A DNA stretch of 63,994 nucleotides, filler included, from Bonamia ostreae (GCA_040357525.1; 14 parts of 14 records of this genome joined end to end with filler, not necessarily neighbours in it); one strand, 5' to 3'. Shown: positions 1-13,883, counted from the first letter of the whole stretch. Numbers and translations: made by a program. The notes: generated from the sequence alone by a model not told the origin.

Positions 1-199
1 ACTCGTGACCTAGCCATGATTTTAGACATTCATGTTTTAGAACGATGTTTCTTAGAGTTTAATAGAAAGATGGTGAAATACCTGGTTATTTCCATTGTAT
101 ATTTCCAGAAAAGGAGTGATCTTGAAGCTTTGTTTAGCATAATTAGAATGTTCAGTTAATAGCACATTAATAGCTAGGGTTATATAGAACGTGAATATC

Positions 200-295
200 G
201 GCCTGGATAGTTCAGCAGTTAGAACACTGAACAAGTAGTGTAGGAGTCCCGGGTTCTGTTCAAACCATAATTTTTCTCCTTTCCTCTATTACAGT
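200..295 (+). mobile_element. Degenerate tRNA-derived SINE-like element, copy 1
   Basis: tRNA-like head with A-box-like tagttcagcagttag and B-box-like gtcccgggttc, then a tail ttttctcctttcctctattacagt shared with copy 2. Confidence 0.5.
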
Positions 296-421
296 TGGTG
301 ACCTTGACCATCCTGGACTTCAGTTGAAAGTCTGTCAGGGGCAAAATAATCTGGATCGGGTGTCTTTCATGGGGAACACAATTTGAAAGGAAGAAGGAAC
401 ATGTACTTGTTAGGGCTATAA

Positions 422-519
422 GGACCGTGGATACTCAGCGGTTAGAGATTTTGACTATTTATGCAGGGGTCCCGGGCTCCAGGTCCAGGCATAGATTTTC
501 TCCTTTCCTATATAACAGT
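422..519 (+). mobile_element. Degenerate tRNA-derived SINE-like element, copy 2
   Basis: tactcagcggttagag...ggggtcccgggctcc...ttttctcctttcctatataacagt aligns by eye with 200-295. Confidence 0.5.
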
Positions 520-3500
520 AGCACGCACTCTATGGAATTACATTTGGACTTTACATCTGAGAATTGGATTGGACTTAACGGTCAATCTGTGACAGCTTAT
601 ATTTTCGTAGATGAATTCAACTCTGCAGTAAACCGCCATCGTATACTGTTTTGTGAAATCTAATTCAACCCACTGTAAGTTAGTAATTTTATCCTAAATA
701 TATATTCTGTAAATAATTGTAAATAACTTACTAAATCTTTAAATTATTTGTGATTGATTTCTGTTATTTGGACCCGTAACACATTGTGGCCGTTATACAT
801 TAATCAAGAGAAGTGAATATATCATAAATAAAATGGAGGCTCCTCGATGAATATAGCGTTGAGGATTAAAAAGGATTGTTAAACTATAAGAACCACATTT
901 GCATCCAGAGAGATATAAACAATAACTGTTGAGCTACAGTTTTCTTACAAAAGCATACTAGTGTTTTTCTCATAGTGTAACGTTTGAAGAAAATCGTACT
1001 CCAGATGTTCGAAACATCTAAACAGTTCAATAGTTAATCCATATGTTTTGAATTACATTGAAAACATTTTTGTGTGCAGAAAAACATCGTCTTGCCAACC
1101 ATACACGTACAAGAAAAGACTACATAATATCTATTTGCGATTTAATTTGACATATTCATCTAGCTAAAGTAGCTAGATATGGTGTGAGACATTACTTATT
1201 GTATTAGGTTTACACTTACTGGTGTCCCTGCGATGTGACCAGTTGTCCATGTACTGACTAGAATGGTGATGGCCATAAAGGAGGACCATCTTTGATGTCC
1301 CATCATATATCTTTTATTACATTTTGATTTCTTGTCCTATGAAAATAAATCAAAATTTATCATTGCTCTTCATTATACATCCATGTATACTACCATAAAT
1401 GTTCTATTAAGTTTGAAAAGGACGACGACAGAGAGATAATCATGATTGAGAAGTATGCCAATAATCGTGGCCCGATCTACGTGATTTGACAACAAATTTC
1501 AACTTTAGTTCCAAATATAAAGCATCATATCGCATCTTGAAATATTTTTATTACATGCGACCAAGGAATAAAACATCAACTTTTTAGTCAATCATTATGT
1601 GGTATATATCTACGATACTTTAGTCTGATAAGACCGACAGGTTAACATTCATCCCGCACCTCTGAGCTATAAAATAATATAAAGAAAACGAAAACGGTTA
1701 CGTGTAGGTGATCCAATCATTTACATGCAAGTAAACTGCACATTGTTTACCCTAAGTGCGTTTTACCTATCGGTATAACATAAATTCTAAAGTTTTATAG
1801 CATATCAAAATATATTTTGAATGTATCTGATGCACACAATATATTACAGTATTGCAATTTTGTATCTTGTCTGTTTTCTGAATGTTTGTCTGCTTGACAT
1901 CTATGTTTTAAGTTTTTCGGACTTTTGATTTCCTTTCAACAACCACAAGGCCAAGTAAAACATAATTGATGCAAAGTGACCTTGGGCAGAGGGTAAATGA
2001 AAGACCATAATCGCGCAAAAGGGAAGAAAGCATATGTAACATTACGTTTTTGAAACGGGAGCTGCTTGCTCAGAGAAGTCAGGAATTTTACGCATGAAGA
2101 AAATTCATCAATTCAGCACATTTGATGATTATCTTCATGTAGTGTAGAACCATGTGTGTTCACACAACAACCCCATAATCCCCCGGAAAGGGAGGTAAAT
2201 TTGGATCAATCGCCCACTTGGATGTGGAAAGCAGGTAGAGGATGAAAAGACATGTACTAATGATAGACTTAGAGGCGCACAAAACAAATTCAGAAAAGGT
2301 AATTTTGCTATTGAGTATAGTATATGATTCCTATCAGCACAAAATTTATCACTTATATATTAAATCTTCAATTACATGTACATTGAAATAGTTGTATTGC
2401 TTATTCGCATTTTGAAGAAGCTGACGTCATTACGTATGTCATCANNNNNNNNNNGTAGGATGAGTACTTAAAAATATGCTAAGAAGTACCACTTACTCTA
2501 CCCAAACTAGCCGCTTCGCACAGAAATAAAAAGAATAGATGCCCAAACTCAAAAAACAATTACACGGCTTTGTGATGAATAAATGATTTATGAGCACCTT
2601 TTATTGTATACTCGTTATTGAACTCTTACTGCTGCTCCAAAATATCGCCATGCAACATCGCTTCAGAACAATTTTTGGCAAAGTGCAAAATGTTGTCGCA
2701 GTGATATATGTGTATGTCCCCTGCATTGCATAAGTCATATTGGTTTGGTAGAGTACTAATTGTCAGGCCCTGTTAGATGTTCAGATGCCCCGTCGTTCGA
2801 TCAAAACATTTTGTCATTTCAACTTCTCTGAAACTGTTGGATGAATCCCAGTCAATATAAACATTAGCATGTGTATATTAGCATTTAGTCAGGAAATTCT
2901 TCGAATCTCCAACTCAATTGTTATCTTCACTTTTAGCCAGGTGCGTTCAGTTATAGATTTGACGAAAAGCCGGGATATGTGAAGTTACCAACATCAGTCA
3001 ATGAAAACATGATGTACCAACTTAGATAAAAAAGAAGCTTATTTGAGCTGAAAACGCTTTGTACCAGATGATTTTTATTTGACATTAGTCATGTGGTACT
3101 TGATCAAATGTGATAATTCCAAATAATGGACAAATATCACCAGAGTTGATACAAATGACTTGCGTATATATCATATCATCGCTGATTTTACAACGTTACA
3201 CACACCATATCCATGTTCAATATTGACATTCTAGATTTACCAATTTTATTATATGCAAACAAATCTTTGAATAGACGAACATGATTTAAATGTCTGTTTT
3301 GTCAATAGTGCACTAGCAATACAAGGTTGGTTTCGCAATAAACATTCTAACCTGACATAACCAGTCAATTCAGGTCATGGATTTTAACTGCATTGTTCAT
3401 TCAATCCACTAGGTTTAACTTGTTCACCGTTATAAAGATACCATTATGATACAATCTTTATAATTGCTATTCGAAGTCAGTCGTCTTTGGTACACATATG

Positions 3501-4539
3501 TATATAATGGAATAAACAAGTTAGCAACATTAAATCATCTAGTGTAAGGTTGGGGAGATATACTATAAGTTGGGTAGACATACATCGGTGAAAGCTAAAT
3601 AAAAGGCAGTTCTTTTACATTTTAGCCTTAGATAATTATTTCTACAAATTGAATATAAATGATATGCGGATATCAATTCCGGTAGTTAAATACAACGATC
3701 GAATGAAGGTAGCATTTGAGACGTTTAATCAATTTGCCTCCATTAGCAAAATGAAAATACGCATATGTGGATTTTTGTAAATTTGCAAATATATCTACAG
3801 TCATGCATATTCTCTGCTTGACCAAGGAAATATTGACTTACCAATAGGATCAGTGGTGTGATAAGCCAACGATTACTGTGTACCATCTGGCATTGCATTT
3901 TTCCAAAACATTAACTGCGCACTTTCAAAAAAGGCGTACTACGGCTGCTTATCGGTGATATAATGTACGTATTTAGGATGTGTTTTATTTTTGAGTCGTT
4001 TCGCGAAGCGAGATACTCTTTGGTATCACCGCCGCCTCATATTTTTAGCTGCTCACAAGCTTTTCTGTTAACAACGCTGACTGCAAATAAATCCTTTACA
4101 TAAAGATCATCAGCATTTTACATGTATGTGCTTATTTTGAACAACTTCATTAAGTTCAAACTTCCCCCTTGAAGATTACGGACTCCATTGTTAACGATGG
4201 AGTTACAGTCCACTCTGAGGCCCTTCAGGCCTTTGATTGATATTCTATGGTAATACGTATAGGTATATGTGTGCAACACAGTGCGTGATGAATTTTGATT
4301 TACAACTATCAAATAAATTATAATTGACATATATCTAATGTTTTATGTGTATTTTGTCAGTGTTTTATATTATAAAGCAATGCACCTGTCAATAAACACC
4401 ATCTCGCATGTGCAAAGGGACATAATACAAACAAAGGTTTATGTGATATTTATGCATTCGGCAAAACTATCCAAATTCTTCTTTAAAAATAAATCTCATG
4501 GCGCTTAAATAGATTGGTTGATTGATTGATTGTATATTG

Positions 4540-4639
4540 NNNNNNNNNNNNNNNNNNNNNNNNNNNNNNNNNNNNNNNNNNNNTTAATTAATTAANNNNN
4601 NNNNNNNNNNNNNNNNNNNNNNNNNNNNNNNNNNNNNNN
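4540..4639. other. Artificial contig spacer N44-TTAATTAATTAA-N44. It recurs at 9170, 13784, 18397, 23009, 27616, 32211, 36795, 41374, 45951, 50528, 55102 and 59663.
   Basis: Identical 100-nt unit with stops in all six frames; genes are cut at its edges; contig lengths decrease along the window. Confidence 0.98.
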
Positions 4640-5039
4640 TCAATAATCAAAATTTTGGTCAATTTGGACAACAAAATTTTCTCAATGGTCAAAAGTTGGG
4701 TCAATTTGGACAACAAAATTTAGCTAATACTCAAAATTTTCCACAAAAACCGCCTGGAATTTACAAAAAACATCGATATTCAAATTATCAACATGGCGCG
4801 CCCCCAAAAAATTATTTTTTTAAAAAAAGTTTTGAAAAAATATTTGTCGAAAAAAAATTTGTGGCAACTAATTATTAAATTTAGCCAAATATGAAAACGA
4901 AACGAATGTAAAGAGACAAGCAGAAAACATTAGAAAACCAAATAATAGTTCGTACGAACGATTTGCAAATGGGCAAACCAGAAATATCTACAAAAATGAA
5001 GATTTTATAAGCTTCAACAACGATATGAATTTTTACTGA
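4640..5039 (+). CDS. 3' fragment of a hypothetical N/Q-rich protein (about 1 intron)
   Basis: Open frame NQNFGQFGQQNF (repeated), a putative phase-1 gtttt...ttag intron, then a last exon ending MNFY-TGA. Confidence 0.45.
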
Positions 5040-5406
5040 ATTTTGATTTGACATAATTTAAATTTTATTTTCAATACTCTTCACCAAACCATCATTGTTT
5101 CCATTCTTGTTAATAAAATATAAAAACAGAAATGGAAATTAAAAAACTTTCTAAAACAAAAATAAAAATTTTAATTACAAAAACGCTAAAAATTTATAAA
5201 ATTGTGGAGCAATTTATATAAAAAACATATTTGCAATTCAAAAGTTTTGGAAAGGATTTTTTAATTTCGAGAAGGAAACTGGTGAAAAAAGACGAGATTA
5301 TTAAATCTTTTTTAAATAATTTTTCAACGAAACTTTAAACGAGGATATTAATTTTATTAATAAATCGAAAAAAGGAGTAAAACTAGTTTAATTAACCGAA
5401 AAATAA

Positions 5407-7451
5407 ATGGCTATTATTTTTTTCTTTATCATAAAAATTTGCATCCAGAAAAGTTTTTGTTTCAAGTGCTCTTTTTTAATTACTTTTGTAGAATTGTAAA
5501 AAAAATTAAAATAAGACTGTGAAACAACAAGATTAAAAACCGAGTTGCAATCAAAATCAATAAAATTCTCTCAAAACGATCTTTGCAATCAGATTGAAGT
5601 TCAAAGTGGAACAAATTGCGAAGTCGTTTGTTCGCTTGAAAATAACGTCTTTTTATATTCCAATCCTTCGACAAAATCTTTTCTTTATTGTGATAATGGA
5701 AAATGGTTATATCCTGTCACTTTCCTCTTTCAGACTTTCTATGAAGATTTTGAAGGATCTGACGAGTTTAAATGTACTGGTTTCAATGCTTTTTACGTCA
5801 AATTTTTTTGTTAAAAATATTATTTTCTGATTTTAAATAAAAGAAAGTGATCCTAATCGATTTTGCAATTTGGAAGGAATAAAAACTGAGTACACGACAT
5901 TTTTGACGAACCAAACATTCATTTTTGAAGGAGAAAACTTGAAAATTGTCTGTTTAAAGAACACAGAAATCGCCCCATTCGACATTTATTGCCAAAACCA
6001 AATTTTGTACTTTGACAATTATCTAATTGACACCATTTTTAGTGTAGAAAAAGCAAATCTGTTTTGTAAATCAGATTGTGATTTGCCAGAATATCGCCAA
6101 ATTTCTTCCAATTGCATTGAAACCACTCAAAAACATGGAAACTCTTGCGTCTTTTTTTGTAATTCCTCAAACGAGCTATTAAACATTGACGACAAAAGCA
6201 CTTCTTCATTGGAGTATTCATGTAAAAATGGCGAATGGGTAATGCCAGATGGCGAAAATGGCGTCTTCGGATGCAAATCTGTTTCAGAAGCCAATAAAAA
6301 GCACTGCAATTTTAACTTTGAGAATTTGATCGATTTGGAGTACAACGTTAAATCAATCGGAACTGACCAAACAGTTAAAGCGCAATGCTCCAAAATAAAT
6401 TTCAAATTTCATATTGGTTGTTACAATGGCTATATCATAAACACAAGCAGCTTGTTACCAATAACATCGTGGTATTGTGACAACATATGCAATCTGGCAT
6501 CTTTGAATGATTTTCTGGGATCAAAAAGTGCCCTTTTTTTGAGAAACATTAATTTTGTCGAGAAGTCGTATTTTGAGAATAGTGGTATCTATGGAAAGGT
6601 CGCTTGTGCGCCCAAAAAGATGATGAACACTTTTGATTCGACTTTATTTGATGTCGAATGTTTTGAAGGTAATTGGATCGTTTCGTACGGTGATAGTTCT
6701 TCGAATTGTGTCGGTTTAGTATAAAATAGAAAATTCGGTTAAAAACAATGAATTCTAAAATTAAGACGCGCGAGAAGAATCATATTATTCTTTCGAAAAT
6801 TTGAACGAATCGTTTATTGAAACAAACGGAATTCCAGGAATCGTCTATAATCAACCGGTGGAATTGAAATGCAAATCTTCCGCCAAAAAAATTAAATTCC
6901 ATTATAAAAAACATTTAAAAAAAGTAAAAATCGGCAATTTTTACATTTCGCCGCAGACCGAAATAACTGAGAGGCAATATCGAATTTTATGCGATGGTTT
7001 AATTATTTTCTAAATAACAAAATTTAAAAGAGTTCTGCAGCTTGAACGAATTCGAAAATTTGCTTAAAAAGACAAATGTCCTCCCAAAAACGAAAGATTG
7101 TATACTAAATCCCGAATTAATTCAATCTGGGGCAAACATATTTGAACGAAAGTGTGCATTAATTTGTCGATATGGCTACCAATCACCCAACAACAACAAT
7201 TTGGGAGAAATCGAATGTCGAAACTACAGATTTATTCACATTTCAAGTGAAAAAGTGGACACAAATCCAAAGATTATAATTGATTCGATGTGTCGAGGTT
7301 TTAATTGGAATTGCAAGACACAAAAACGAAGACTTGCGATTACGAGGCGTTAAGTTCATCTGAAATTAATGAAGAAAGGGAGAAAACCCTGAGAGACTAT
7401 TTGAAAGACTGCGAGGGGAAAGAAGATGAATGGGGAGATTGTGTTGTTTAA
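5407..7451 (+). CDS. Cys-rich, probably secreted sushi/CCP-like repeat protein (about 600 aa, 5 introns)
   Basis: Hydrophobic N-terminus MAIIFFFIIKICIQK; repeated GxxCxxxC and CxxGxW motifs (CDNGKW, CKNGEW, CFEGNW, CALICRYGY). Introns 5453-5515, 5780-5843, 6714-6765, 6997-7030 and 7298-7317 join the ORFs in frame. Confidence 0.7.
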
Positions 7452-7508
7452 TAAAGCGATAAAAATTGTGTCCTTGTAACTTTCTTAAATCAAAAAATTA
7501 TTACCAAC

Positions 7509-8583
7509 ATGTTTTGGTCGTAACCACTGCAAACTAATCCAAAAACAAAATTCTGTTTGATTTGGGCCAGACCATCTTTGGTTAACAGAAATAATTTCCA
7601 CTTTAGATGAAACCAATTACTGCGAAAAAATTGAATTTATCGATTAATCAATTTATTCGAAATATCTTTTTAATGAAAGATTTTCTCGCCAACTTTGAAT
7701 ATGTTTTGAGCAGAATCGTTGCAAACAAAGTCGTCTTATTTTTTGATTGTTTCGGAATTCGAATTTTGCTTAAAACAAAGACGACGGCACATTGACGCCA
7801 ATAACAAAAGACAGGAAAAATGCTTTAATACCGCAAAATCTGCGAGAAGCGTTGGCCCATTTGAACAGATCGGCCAGAATCGATGTAGCGGTCGTCAGCG
7901 GAAGAACGGTGCCCGAATTAAAGAAGTTCATAGGTCTGTCAGATTTTCTGTACGCCGGAAATCACGGCTTTGAGATAATTAAAGGAGACAAATTGCTTTT
8001 AAGAAAAGGCCATGCTTTTCGACGATTAATCAAAAAAGTGAGAAAAAAGCTAACACGAACATTCGAGGATTTTGCGCGCACTGGAATACTCATCGAAGAC
8101 AAAAGCCTCAGCGTAGCAATCCATTACCGGGAAGCCATTAACAAAAGCGTTTTGTCGGCTCATGCAATAAAACAATTGGCTCTGGACGCCATTAATGAAA
8201 TCGGGGACGGCAAGAAATTGAACTTAAAAAAGGGGAAAAAGGTTTTCGAGATAGTTCCCGACGTGGGATGGCACAAAGGGAAAGCGGTAAAATGGATTTT
8301 AGAGGACTACTTTGGCATTTCGAGGGCGCGAAATGCCGTTGTTGTCTATGTCGGCGATGACAAAACAGACGAAGACGCATTTTTAGAAATAAAAAAGCTA
8401 AAGTTTGTGGAAGCTTTTAGTGTGTTGGTTTCGAATGGTTTTTAAATTTGGATTAATTTTTTGTGAGTTTTGATTCAATGCAAAAAAGACGCGTCTGAAA
8501 GAGAAAGTTCAAATGCAGATTACTTCGTCCGCGATTCAGAAGATGTTCGCGATTTGATCGAGAGATTGAATAAACGCATTTAA
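7509..8583 (+). CDS. Trehalose-6-phosphate phosphatase (HAD IIB, OtsB-like)
   Basis: Splicing restores VVLFFDYDGTLTPI; also VVSGR, YAGNHGFEI, IEDKSLSVAIHYR, HKGKAV and YVGDDKTDEDAF. The 5' exons are uncertain. Confidence 0.9.
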
Positions 8584-8705
8584 AGCTTTCACCAAAATAC
8601 CAAAATAAAAGTTTAAATGCCTTCAGACATAACGCCAATTTTAGCCAAATTATATTAGTTTAAAATAAGTGCTATTTAAAATTAGCCAGACTAAATTTAA
8701 TAGAA

Positions 8706-9065
8706 ATGAGTGCCATGAACCGCAACAGAAACCAGAAGATAATGGTACAACCAAGTTCTTTCGTAAAATTTAAGTCAATCTGATTTTCCAATTTATGCAA
8801 TCCGACGCCAAAGTCCGAATAAACTTCAACGAAATAAACACTTTTGCGATCGAGGGCAAAATAATTGTTTTCAAAAATGAAGTTTTCCTAAAAGGGCTTC
8901 GATGAGTACATGAACCTCGTTTTGAACGACTCAGAAGAAATCCTTTTGAAAAAGAACAGTCGAAATCAGCTCGGAAAAATAATGCTGAAAGGGGACAATA
9001 TAAGTTTCATAATGAAAGCGTTTTTAAAATGATCACATTAAAATAACAGACCTCCCGCGGCGTGA
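8706..9065 (+). CDS. SNRPE: Small nuclear ribonucleoprotein E (SmE), 3 introns
   Basis: Spliced QKIMVQPINLIFQF...[21 protein letters not shown]...[12 protein letters not shown]. Not in the ORF track. Confidence 0.95.
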
Positions 9066-9403
9066 TAAATGTTCAGCGTTTTTTGCACATATTTTTGAGC
9101 TTCAAAATGAGCGAGTCAAAAAATTTAAAAATCTATGTTTCGCCCATTCTTGTCCATCAGTTCCTTTTANNNNNNNNNNNNNNNNNNNNNNNNNNNNNNN
9201 NNNNNNNNNNNNNTTAATTAATTAANNNNNNNNNNNNNNNNNNNNNNNNNNNNNNNNNNNNNNNNNNNNCAAACTTTTTAAAAAGTTCATCTTATTTTTT
9301 GCTTTTATTATTAATTTTGCTGTTTTGTGCAAGAGGAAGATATTGATGTAATTTTGCATTTTGCTTTTCGGAGTTACAGAAATATTGCAAATAATATAGA
9401 AAA

Positions 9404-12400
9404 ATGTCGCAAACAAAAATAACCGATGTCCTTTCAGAACCTGAAAGGTTTTTGAATGATCTGATTTTGATCTTTAAAGAACCATTTTTGATTTTGAGAG
9501 TTTTAACGAAATACAGTCCGCGATGTTTAAGAGCTGTTACGAACAGAATTCCAATTTGGTTGTGACAGCTCCTACTGCTTCCGGGAAAACTGTCATTTTT
9601 GAAATTTGTATTTTGAGATTATATCGTTCGCACTTTACGTTTTAATATTTTTCGATTTTTATATTCGTTTCGAATTTGCAGCTTTTTAAATGTCTTCTTT
9701 TTATTCTGCAAATTTTAAAAATTTAATGTTCTTTTCATCGTTCAAAAACTAATAATTGAATATCAACAATTTAAATTTAGCAACCTTGAACGTCCAGAAA
9801 ACCTTCCGAACGAAAAAACGCCCAAAGTCGCCTATATCGCGCCCCTCAAAGCACTAATCAGTCAACGAACCGAAGAATGGCATTTTTATTTTCAACATTT
9901 TAACATTATCAGGAAAAACAAGTTTTCGAAGTTGAAAATGCGAGTTGAAGATCTGAACAGCGAATATGATATTTTCGAGGATTTTAGGAAACTTTGTAAC
10001 AACGATATTTTGTTTTTAACATAACCGACTTAATTTTTGTCAATGTTTGTTGTCCAATTTGGCATTAAAATTGTCGAATTAACAGGTTGTCGACGCCTGA
10101 AAAATGGGACATTTTAACAAGGAGATGGGAAGAACACGAAAATCTATTCAAAAACATCAAAATCGTAATCGTTTTCATTTTTCATAAAAGATCGACGAAA
10201 TTCATTTGTTGAACGATGAAAGGGGCGGATGTCTGGAATCGCTGATAACTCGACTTAAAATAAGACTTGCCAACACGCAAACTCGTTTTGTTATTGCTAG
10301 CGCAACGATTCCGAATTTGGAAGACTTCTCAGATTGGCTGAACGCGAAAAAGTTTTCTTTCGGAGAAGAATATCGACCAGTCCCTCTTCGATGCCACATT
10401 TCGCCTGTTTTGCAAAAAGGAAATAATTCTTTTTTGTTCGAAAATTCTCTGAATTCTCTTGTTTTCCCTGTCATCCAAAAATACGGCGATCGTAAACCAG
10501 TGCTCATTTTTTGCAATTCAAGACGTTCCACAGAAAAACTTGCTTTATTTCTCAAATCAGATTTTTCTGTATTTGAATATATTAAAAGCGAGAAAAAAAA
10601 TTTGAACAATTTTAAAAACGATAAACTTAATCGTTTTAATTTATTGTCGATTTTAGTAATTTTGCAAACTATTTTTCAATATTGTTCAAAATGTCAATTT
10701 TAATTAAAAGCTGTCCGCTTTTGAATGTCGTTAAAAAAATTTAAAGAGCTTATAGAAAGCGAAATATCATTTCACCATGGCGGTCTCGACAAAGAAGATA
10801 GGTTAAAAATAGAAAAGATGTTTGCGGAGGGGAAGATAAAGGCGCTTTGGTAACTAAAATTTAAATGACAGTTCAACAAGTACTCTTTCAATGGGAATAA
10901 ATTTGCCTGCACATTTAGTCATTATAAAATCGACAGAAATGTATGTTCGTGGAGAGGGATATAAAGAATATCCTTTAATTTCGATTATTCAAATGATTGG
11001 AAGGTTAAAAATTTGGATTTCTGAGACGATATTAAAAAGTCGAAAATTTTTATAATTTTTAATTTTTGAGATGAAATTTTAATTTTTCAGACGATATTAA
11101 AAAGTCGAAAATTTTTATAATTTTTAATTTTTGAGACGAAATTTAAATTTTTCCGACGATATTAAAAAGTCGAAAATTTTTATCAATTTTTAATTTCTGA
11201 GACGATATTAAAAAGTCGAAATTTTTTTTATCAAAATTAAAAATCAGGGCAGGAAGACCGCAATACGATAAAGAGGGAATAGCTGTTGTTTTGACAAAAA
11301 CGGAAACATCAGACATTTACAAAAATTTATTTTCTGGTAAAACAGCAATTGAATCAAATTTTTTGCCTCGAATTACAGAATATTTAGCCGCGGAGCTAAT
11401 TTCTCACAAAGAATTTAATATCAAAATCGCGAAAAAATGGATCAAAAACACTTTTTTATGTTCTAATTTTTTAAACTATTTCTTATTGTTTTAGAATTTA
11501 AAGCTTTAATAAAACGAATTTATTTAAAGATATCAGATGTTTGAAAAACCCGAAAAAATACGATATAAAATTTGATAACGTCGAAAAATTTTTAGAACAG
11601 AAATGTCTTGATTCGCTAAACAAATTGTCAAACGAAGTTTAAAAATGATCATTTTTATTGTAAAAAAGAATATTATTTTGAGAGGAGAAAACGGGCGATT
11701 TATTAAAAAGATCGAAACTGTTCTGATGAACAAATATTATTTATCGTTTGAGACAATTAAAGTTTTTGCAAAAATTTATAGAATATGTTGTCGTTCTTTG
11801 AACGAAGTCGAAACGATTCTGAGATAAACCTCATTCAAATCATCAATAATTTTGCTAATTTTGACGAATTCGAAGCTTTTTTTAATTTAACTTTTAACCA
11901 TTTTTCGATTTTTCTGGAAATATTCATAAAAAGCGATAATATAAAATAAAAAGACGTTAAGAATAAGATACGGCGAAAAAAAATTTTTAAACGAATTAAA
12001 TAAAAACAAAGACTTGAGACTAAAATTTAAAGGAAGAATAGTCTTTAATTGGCAAAAAATATCTATTCTAATTCAACTTTGTCTTTCAAACTCAAATTTT
12101 CCCAAAAATTACGAGTACATTTAATTTTAATTTGAATAAATTACAAAAAATTAAAATAAATAAAATTCGTTTTTGAGTAAAGTAAAAAATTAATAAAAAT
12201 TCTTTTTTGATTAAATAACAAAAAAGTTCGATTTTTAACAAAAATTTTTTACAATTGGATTAAATTAATAAAAAAATTTGAAAATTAAAAAAAAAGATTG
12301 AAACAAGATCAAAAACATATTCGATTTAAAATGCTAAAAATATGTTCATGCCAAATCGAATATTTGCTCTTTCAAAAAGAACAAAATCTAAATTTAATCA

Positions 12401-13633
12401 AAAAAATTCTCAATTTGTTTTTTCTTCTAAAATTACAAAATTTAGAAAGAAAAGTTTGAGCCGAAAAATTTGGTTTGACGAAAATAAAGAGTTGATCCAA
12501 ATTGACGGAATCGGTCCTGTTTTCACAGAAAAATTTTCGAAAAATAATAGTTTTATTCAATTTGAAATTTAGTTCATAAAATTTGTCAATTAGAAAATTT
12601 GTCAAGCGACGAAATCGAAATGGTTTTCTATTTTAATAAACTATTTAAATTTGGTTTAAAATTATTTCAATTTAAAAAATTTAAGATAACAAACAGAAAA
12701 CCGCCATTCGGAATGAAAATTTTGCACCAAATAAAATCAAAATTTCCAAAAATAATAATTTCAACCCTTTTCGAAAACAATTTATTAAAAATTTGTCTAA
12801 ATTTCAAATTTAACCAAAACAAAATTTTTACGGCTTTTGCTTTTGTTTATTGTTTTTGTTCAAATTTAAATAATCAAAAAAGCGATTGATAACGATACAA
12901 AATCAATAAATCTGCTAAAATCCGAAAAGATAACATTTAAAGTTCAAAAAAACGAGCTTAAAAAAGAAATTTTTATAAAAACGAATAAAAACAAATTAAT
13001 TTTTGAATTGCTATTCGAAGATTTTATCGGACGAGACAAAAAACTGCAAATTTTAAACAAATTTTCTCCGACCGTCCTTACAAGAAAAATTTGTCCAATA
13101 AATGCAAATTTGCAAGAAAAGTCGAAAACATTTTGTTCAATTAATTCCAAAACGAAAAAAATCACAGAGCATTTTGAAACAGTAAAAAATTTTAAGATCG
13201 AAAAATGTAAAATCGGAAATTACAAAAATAGTTTTTCGCCTTTTGCAAAATCGATAAATAACCTCAAAGTTCGAAATAAAAATTTGAACAAAATGGCGAC
13301 TTTCAAGTTTTTGTTCAAATAATATTTAAACCAAAAAGACAACAAAATAATTTTACACAAAACAATTTTCTTTTGATAGACAAAAAAGAAGAGCTTAAAC
13401 TTAGCAAAAACACGAAAAGAGTCGAATTAAAAGTTATAAGAAATATTGTAGAGAATTCTGAAGATTTGCCTAAAATAAGAAGAATAAGAAAAAAAGGAAA
13501 TTTTCGAAAATTTGTAAATGAAATCGGTTTTGGAATGGATAAAAGGAAGTTTGAGGACAAAGAAAATATTGATCCGGTTTACAAAAATTTAAAATCAGGG
13601 AATGAATGTGGCTGCGAAGAAGCCGATTTTTGA
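9404..13633 (+). CDS. HFM1: Meiotic Ski2-like DNA helicase MER3/HFM1 with a Sec63 domain (many introns)
   Basis: APTASGKT, STPEKWDILTRRW, IDEIHLLNDERG, SATIPN, FGEEYRPVPL, STSTLSMGINLPAHLVIIKST, QMIGRAGRPQYD, NRKPPFG. Confidence 0.88.
11020..11225. repeat. Intronic tandem repeat in HFM1
   Basis: Four copies of gacgatattaaaaagtcgaaaatttt. Confidence 0.9.
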
Positions 13634-13883
13634 TTACAGAAAATCGGTCGAAGATTTATTTTAAATGTCAAAGCGTTTAAATTTTAATGCAAATTAAAAA
13701 AAAAAGAAACAAAGGGTAAAATAATCCGATCATTTTGCCATTTTTATAAAATTTTGTAAAAAATAATTTCGAATACAAATTAANNNNNNNNNNNNNNNNN
13801 NNNNNNNNNNNNNNNNNNNNNNNNNNNTTAATTAATTAANNNNNNNNNNNNNNNNNNNNNNNNNNNNNNNNNNNNNNNNNNNN

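Noticed and set aside
200-519. Functional tRNA genes
   Set aside because: The B-box/T-arm is degenerate, no full cloverleaf can be drawn, and both copies share a non-tRNA tail.
4540-4639. Regularly spaced TTAATTAATTAA palindrome every ~4.6 kb
   Set aside because: Synthetic six-frame-stop spacer inside N padding; the spacing reflects size-sorted contigs.
8755-8774. U12-type intron in SmE
   Set aside because: The donor is gttctt, not RTATCCT, and there is no TCCTTAAC branch site.
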